In this document: positions 26,981 to 32,000 of the stretch, one piece after another
How positions within the stretch are numbered: the stretch's first letter is position 1
How the letters are laid out: every line of letters starts with the position of its first letter
Assembly: GCF_000237865.1 (NCBI RefSeq)
Contig: NC_017459.1
Span: forward strand, 450,001-482,000
DNA length: 32,000 bases
From: Haloquadratum walsbyi C23
Lineage (GTDB): Archaea > Halobacteriota > Halobacteria > Halobacteriales > Haloferacaceae
Reading direction: 5' to 3'
Program-made: the position numbers and the translations under genes
Notes under the pieces: model-generated
What the model was told of the DNA's origin: nothing
Seen by the model: the letters and a program-made list of their open reading frames with translations, nothing else
Database searches by the model: none

Positions 26981-27781
26981 CGCTCATTTGTAGAAATTAG
27001 TACTTAGGACTTTCTCGAACCACCGGCCTGTATTAACTGTGAGGCTGAGGAAGTTCAGATAGCCCTGTAAGTGGTATTTTGAGACACCTCGGAAACCCTG
27101 CAAGGGAAACTGTGGTGGTTCTCACAGCTGTTCGTGTGAGCATCTCCGATCATGTAGTGGTCGTCGTGATTGATGACGAGATGATCATCAATCTCGGCGG
27201 ACTCGTCAATTCCGTCGTAGATACTGTACTGATCTGTGCAGAGGATCGCTGGACCGTCTTCATCGCCGTATTCAACGATATCTTCGTCTACGTCTTCGAG
27301 ATTCTCACGAACGAGGAACCGAACTCGTCAGCTTCGCAGACACCAGTGAGATCAAACTCTGGATCATCATCAAGAGCGTCTTAGACTTCATGCACGAAGT
27401 CCAAGACTATCTTGTGCGTCCGATCAATTTCGTGATAAATATCGTTGGTTGTGTGCTCCTCCATTTTGCTAATGATGTGAAACATTTCAGGGACAGAAAG
27501 CTGATGTTCCGCAAAGAGAGTCTCAGTGAGATCGTGACAGATACTATCACAGTCCTTACATTGGTAGCGTTGCGCAACCTTTCTGATTGTCTCCTTCTTG
27601 ATTGTGTCCGCACTCTCGCAGTGCGAACACGTCACCCCGTTCGACCACCGGTGATCACGCAAGGTACTCCAAACAGGCCTCTTTGTCAGGCAGAAACACC
27701 TCGCTGGGGCTCTCTGCTGACCATACTATAGCGGACTGCGGACTCCAGTTATGAGAAAGTATCTATCACTACAGATGAACG
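26981..27781 (-). mobile_element. IS1595-family (ISH4-like) insertion sequence, copy 2, internally deleted and frameshifted
   Basis: Same termini as copy 1 (CGCTCATTTGTAGAAATTAGTACTT ... ACTACAGATGAACG). It is collinear with copy 1 apart from a deletion whose junction is at CTCGTC (27324-27329). There are several frameshifts in the N- and C-terminal coding parts. Confidence 0.75.
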
Positions 27782-27890
27782 TTATATTTAATTTATCTAT
27801 AATTTCAACAAATAATAAATATTAATTATCGTATGTAATCGTATACAAAGGATAGGATGAAAATCACGTATAATTTTGTGTTTTTTTACA

Positions 27891-27995
27891 TTACCGGGTG
27901 CTTCCGATGTCTCGGATGTAAAGCGCGCCGTCGAAACAGGAAATCCTACCCTCAAGAGAACCACGCCAGCAACTGAGTAGGGTGGGGTAGGTCAC
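27891..27995 (+). repeat. orphan tnpB 3'-end/right-end module
   Basis: It translates LPGASDVSDVKRAVETGNPTLKRTTPATE*, the typical haloarchaeal TnpB C-terminal tail. Helices are CCTACC(27945-50)/GGTGGG(27981-86) and CTCA(27951-54)/TGAG(27974-77). It is preceded by a T7 run at 27882-27888. Confidence 0.6.
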
Positions 27996-28023
27996 AGCGT
28001 CTTCTGACTTGACATCACAGAAG

Positions 28024-29028
28024 TCAATCTGCTCCTGCAAAGCCGAGAAGGTCAAAATTATATCCATTACCATTTGCACATGCATGTTCATAAACGACGT
28101 GCGCAGTCGCGACATCTTGAATTGCAAGACCGGTTGAATCAAACACTGAAATACCCGTCTTTTGATCTCTCCCTTGATGCTGATTGAGGACTACCTCACC
28201 AATTGAAGCGTTGATATCACTCTCATCCAATTGGTTCGCCTGCCACAGAACATTAATTTCGCCTGAGTGGGTCGTCTGTTCGTGATCATCAATAATAATC
28301 ATCGCGTCAAAGAGAATTTCATCTGCAAGTTCGTGTTTACCTGGTGCGTCTGCTCCCATTGCGTTGATATGTGTGTGGTCACCAACCGCTTCTCGGGGAA
28401 TGATTGGGTCTTCAACAGGCGTTACAGTCGAAAGAACGTCACACCCAGCCGCATCACTGACTGATCCTGCATGGACGTCAAATTCGGTATCAAACGCCTC
28501 GATAAATTCTGCAACACGGGTATCGTCACGATCGGCAACAACAACAGTCTCGATCGGTCGAACCTGCGAAATCGCCTCTAATTGCGTGTATGATTGAACA
28601 CCCGCGCCCACAATCCCGAGCGAGGATGCATCTGGGATGGCAAGGTAATCGGTAGCAACAGCCGCAGCAGCACCAGTTCGCTGCATCGTCAGTTCTCGTC
28701 CATCAAGTATCGCAAGCGGGAATGCAGTCTCAGGATCAGAATATATCATCGTCCCAAGAACTGTCGGGAGGTCAAAATTGTCGCGATTATCTGTATGAAC
28801 ATTTACCCACTTGATTCCAGCTGCATCCCATGTTCCAGCATCAAGATACGCTGGCATTGAGCGGAAATCACCATTATACTGTGGTAACTCAATATAAGAC
28901 TTCGCTGGCATCTGTGCGTCTCCACGCTGGAAGGCAGCGAACGCGTCCTCAATAGCAGGAACAACCTCAGCCATCGGAGCATTCTGTTTGACATCCGTGG
29001 CATTCAATAAGAGCGTCTCACGTTGCAT
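28024..29028 (-). CDS. ornithine cyclodeaminase / mu-crystallin family NAD-dependent enzyme
   Basis: The start is taken at MQRETLLLNATDV. It has the Rossmann loop LGIVGAGVQS and the family-typical SMPAYL and HINAMGAD. Confidence 0.88.
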   Translation of the reverse strand: MQRETLLLNATDVKQNAPMAEVVPAIEDAFAAFQRGDAQMPAKSYIELPQYNGDFRSMPAYLDAGTWDAAGIKWVNVHTDNRDNFDLPTVLGTMIYSDPETAFPLAILDGRELTMQRTGAAAAVATDYLAIPDASSLGIVGAGVQSYTQLEAISQVRPIETVVVADRDDTRVAEFIEAFDTEFDVHAGSVSDAAGCDVLSTVTPVEDPIIPREAVGDHTHINAMGADAPGKHELADEILFDAMIIIDDHEQTTHSGEINVLWQANQLDESDINASIGEVVLNQHQGRDQKTGISVFDSTGLAIQDVATAHVVYEHACANGNGYNFDLLGFAGAD

Positions 29029-29263
29029 ACTGCATAATTCGCCGTTCAGGCGTATATACTGCCTGCTCATCATCGCTTTTGTTTTACTAAACCGACTCAG
29101 ATCATATTGAGAACTCTCGAATATTTGTTTTATCTGTCTCAATAAAAGTGATATTAAAACATAATCTGAGTGGTTATATCAATGCGTTATCAACGTAAAT
29201 AACATATTTGTAGCGCAAATACAAATTAGAGGCTCTGAGATAGTAGGTTACCTTACCCGTGGA

Positions 29264-30940
29264 TTACATTGCACCGCCCATACCGCCCATACCACCCATA
29301 CCGCCCATGCCACCGGCTCCACCTGGACCGCCTTCCTCATCATCACCGCTGGTGCTCAGCTCGTCAGCGGCGATAATATCGTCAATCTTGAGAACAAGAT
29401 TTGCGGCTTCAGCGGCTGAAGCGATTGCCTGTTCTTTCGAGTGTGCTGGCTCAACAACACCGGCGTCGAATGAGTCTTCAACATCGCTACTGTATACATT
29501 GAGACCAGCGTTCGCGTCGCCGTTCTCATGAGCTTTCCGCAGATTGACGAGTGTATCGATTGAATCAAGACCTGCGTTTTCTGCGAGGACTCGGGGAACA
29601 AGTTCAAGCGCATCTGCGAATGCTTCAACAGCCAACTGCTCACGACCGCTGACAGAATCAGCGTAGTCGCGAAGGCGACGAGCGACCTCAACTTCGATTG
29701 CTCCACCACCAGCAACAACACGACCATCTGAGACAGTTGTTGAGACCACATCAATTGCATCATTGATACCGCGCTCAAGTTCGTCAACAACGTGATCAGT
29801 CGATCCACGGAGCAATAGAGTCACACCATGCGTCTCTGAGCCCAATCCTTCTACATAGAATAACTCATCTTCACCATCGCGTCGAACCGATCCATATCCA
29901 AGATCACTCTCAGTAACACTGTCAAGATCAGAGACGACGCTAGCTTCAAGAACATTCTTTAAGAAGCCGACATCTGATTTCTTTGCCCGACGGACTGCAA
30001 GGATGTCTTCTTTCGCAAGATAATGTTGTGCAAGATCATCAATGCCTTTCTGACAGAAAACAACGTCAGCACCAGCATCTGCGATTTTCTCAACCTTCTC
30101 CTTGAGTTGTTTTTCTTCTTGATCAAGGAACTGCTGCAACTGGTCTGGTGACTCAATATTCACCTGCGTATCAACATCCGTCTCTTCAACCTCAATCGGT
30201 TCGTTCAACAGCAGGATATTTGCCTCTGCGGCAGCAGTTGGCATATCATCATGAACTGGGTCTTTATCAATTGCCGCCCCGTTGAGCAACTCAGATTCGG
30301 CTGCTGCTCGTCCGGTTTGGGTCTCAATATTGAGATTTTCAAGATCAACAACGTAAGATCCATCATTGGCTTCAACAGTGATTGCCTCAACGGTCTTAAC
30401 GACCAATTCAGCTAAGAGCTCTTTATCGAGTTCAGAGCTCTTTCCTGTCATTGATGTTTCAGCGACCTTCTGAAGAAGCTCTGTCTCGCCAGGTTCGACT
30501 GCCTGTGTTATTTCACCAATCTCTGATCGGGCTTCTTCGCTCGCAAGATTAAAGCCACGAATCGCGGCTGTTGGATGAATATCCTGTTCAAGAAGTTCTT
30601 CAGCGTTCTTTAGAAGCTCACCAGCAATAGCAACCGCGGTTGTTGTTCCGTCGCCAGCCTCATCTTCCTGCGTCTCGGCGACTTCAACAATCATTTCAGC
30701 CGTTGGATTATCAATATCCATTTCCTGCAGGATAGTGACGCCGTCATTCGTGATTGTGACATCACCCATTGAGTCGACGAGCATCTTATCCATTCCCTTT
30801 GGTCCGAGTGTTGACTGTACAGCCTCAGATACGGCTCGAGCCGCCTGAATATTGTATTCTTGGGCGTCTTGATCCTTGACGCGCTGTGCGTCCTCGCCCA
30901 TAATGATCATCGGCTGACCCTGCTGCATTCGTTGACTCAT
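29264..30940 (-). CDS. ths: thermosome (group II chaperonin) subunit
   Basis: [31 protein letters not shown] and a C-terminal [16 protein letters not shown] tail. The start is at [10 protein letters not shown] (ATG 30940). Confidence 0.95.
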   Translation of the reverse strand: MSQRMQQGQPMIIMGEDAQRVKDQDAQEYNIQAARAVSEAVQSTLGPKGMDKMLVDSMGDVTITNDGVTILQEMDIDNPTAEMIVEVAETQEDEAGDGTTTAVAIAGELLKNAEELLEQDIHPTAAIRGFNLASEEARSEIGEITQAVEPGETELLQKVAETSMTGKSSELDKELLAELVVKTVEAITVEANDGSYVVDLENLNIETQTGRAAAESELLNGAAIDKDPVHDDMPTAAAEANILLLNEPIEVEETDVDTQVNIESPDQLQQFLDQEEKQLKEKVEKIADAGADVVFCQKGIDDLAQHYLAKEDILAVRRAKKSDVGFLKNVLEASVVSDLDSVTESDLGYGSVRRDGEDELFYVEGLGSETHGVTLLLRGSTDHVVDELERGINDAIDVVSTTVSDGRVVAGGGAIEVEVARRLRDYADSVSGREQLAVEAFADALELVPRVLAENAGLDSIDTLVNLRKAHENGDANAGLNVYSSDVEDSFDAGVVEPAHSKEQAIASAAEAANLVLKIDDIIAADELSTSGDDEEGGPGGAGGMGGMGGMGGMGGAM

Positions 30941-30966
30941 ATTCACTCGCTGATTGTTTGCGATTC

Positions 30967-30974
30967 TATATAAA
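30967..30974 (-). promoter_or_regulatory. TATA box (TTTATATA on the minus strand) for the thermosome gene
   Basis: It ends 27 nt upstream of ATG 30940, which fits a near-leaderless archaeal transcript. Confidence 0.4.
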
Positions 30975-31232
30975 TATTTTGTTGACGTCACACAATGTCG
31001 TGTGATGTCTTATCACATAACTCGGTGGAGAGTGGGTTAATCTCTTGATTTCGACGGGGTGGATCAAACAATACACTAGTCTGTTAATTGTTAATTTCCC
31101 TGCTGGTGTGCGGTTTTATATGATATTTGGATGAATATACCGCTCGACAACACGTTTTCAAAGAAGATATTTCGCCGTGGTATCACACATCGCACAACAG
31201 TTATCAGTAACAAGGGAGTTGATATATTTGCA

Positions 31233-31427
31233 ATGGCGCAAGGTACTGTCGACTTCTTTAACGACACAGGCGGTTACGGATTCATCTCCACCGAGGATGC
31301 AGACGAGGACGTTTTCTTCCACATGGAAGATATTGGCGGTCCAGACCTCGAAGAGGGCCAAGATCTCGAGTTTGAAATTGTGCAAGCGGATAAAGGTCCG
31401 CGTGCGAAGAACGTCGAGCGCCTGTAA
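31233..31427 (+). CDS. cspA: cold-shock domain protein
   Basis: GTVDFFNDTGGYGFI (RNP1-like) and DVFFHMEDI (RNP2-like), 64 aa. Confidence 0.93.
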   Translation: MAQGTVDFFNDTGGYGFISTEDADEDVFFHMEDIGGPDLEEGQDLEFEIVQADKGPRAKNVERL

Positions 31428-31549
31428 CCCGATATCAGAGTCGACACACACGTAGCGGACGGAGGCTGACGGTCCGGCGGGCGGCAGAGTCCACTTCGGT
31501 TGCGACAGTTCTCTGAACTACTTTCTTCAATACACATCTACGAATAGCT

Positions 31550-31957
31550 ATGTGGCTGTTTGTCCAGTTATCGAAAGAGAACCGATACAGACGCTGGGTG
31601 CCTTCTATTTGCTGTGCAATTATTATTTTTGCTGTATCAATTATTCCACTACAAAACGGGGGTCATACAACGATGGGTATTGGATTCATTCTGCGTGTGG
31701 ATATTATCTTACACGTAGTTGGATATGCAGTATTAGCATGGGCAATTGTTGGTGCGCGAAAAGTTGGTCTTACAGATTATGATGAGATACTTCTAATACT
31801 CATTTTTGTGACTGTATTTGGAGCTGGAATCGAAGGAATCCAAACAATAATCCCGACACGACAATCATCAATCACTGATATGATTGCAAACGCTGTGGGT
31901 GCTACAACCATCTTCACACCTTCCGTTTTTGATTGTGTAAGACAACGATATCAATAG
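31550..31957 (+). CDS. VanZ-like small membrane protein
   Basis: Four hydrophobic spans with the D..LH..GY ... E..Q......R.....D...N..G pattern. Confidence 0.55.
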   Translation: MWLFVQLSKENRYRRWVPSICCAIIIFAVSIIPLQNGGHTTMGIGFILRVDIILHVVGYAVLAWAIVGARKVGLTDYDEILLILIFVTVFGAGIEGIQTIIPTRQSSITDMIANAVGATTIFTPSVFDCVRQRYQ

Positions 31958-32000
31958 GTGGCTGATGACCACAACAAGACTTTATCGACCAACACATCGA

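Noticed and set aside
29267-29320. Tandem 9 nt repeats that could be mistaken for a mini repeat array
   Set aside because: They are in-frame and encode the GGM tail typical of chaperonins. No spacer structure is present, so this is not CRISPR.
31965-32000. Possible start of a CDS (ATG ACC ACA ACA AGA CTT TAT...) running off the right edge
   Set aside because: Only 12 codons are visible, which is too few to evaluate.

Overview
The window looks like a haloarchaeal chromosome segment. Predicted proteins are strongly acidic, there is a Tat-lipoprotein signal, spacers are AT-rich and overall GC is moderate. The gene set and style resemble Haloquadratum, but I cannot verify that here. About 30 mostly housekeeping CDS are supported by motifs. 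They include a UvrD-like helicase (runs off the left edge, so absent from the ORF track), M32 carboxypeptidase, M20 peptidase, PIN-ATPase-KH protein, ABCE1, USP, archaemetzincin with UPF0146, HAD hydrolase and MBL hydrolase. Also present are DUF99 next to family-4 UDG, phnDCE, hisH, pheA, a DUF59-fusion protein with an amidohydrolase, an OCD/mu-crystallin enzyme, thermosome, cold-shock protein and a VanZ-like protein. I found no rRNA, no convincing tRNA and no CRISPR array. I do not see a clear-cut novel multi-gene protein system. The unusual content is DNA/RNA-level mobile-element debris. (1) One 5'-truncated tnpB plus three orphan copies of the tnpB 3'-end/right-end (omega-RNA-like) module keep the same helices through wobble or compensatory changes, all in one orientation. 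(2) Two decayed IS1595/ISH4-type copies in direct orientation bracket a 2.9 kb cassette. (3) There is a triple nesting: a 78 bp hairpin MITE inside a ~105 bp non-autonomous element inside an IS transposase gene. (4) A 1.1 kb GC-richer, hairpin-dense noncoding tract (2390-3450) carries a recurring CCTCGGGG-loop-CCCCGAGG palindrome family. All homology statements come from my reading of motifs, not from database searches.
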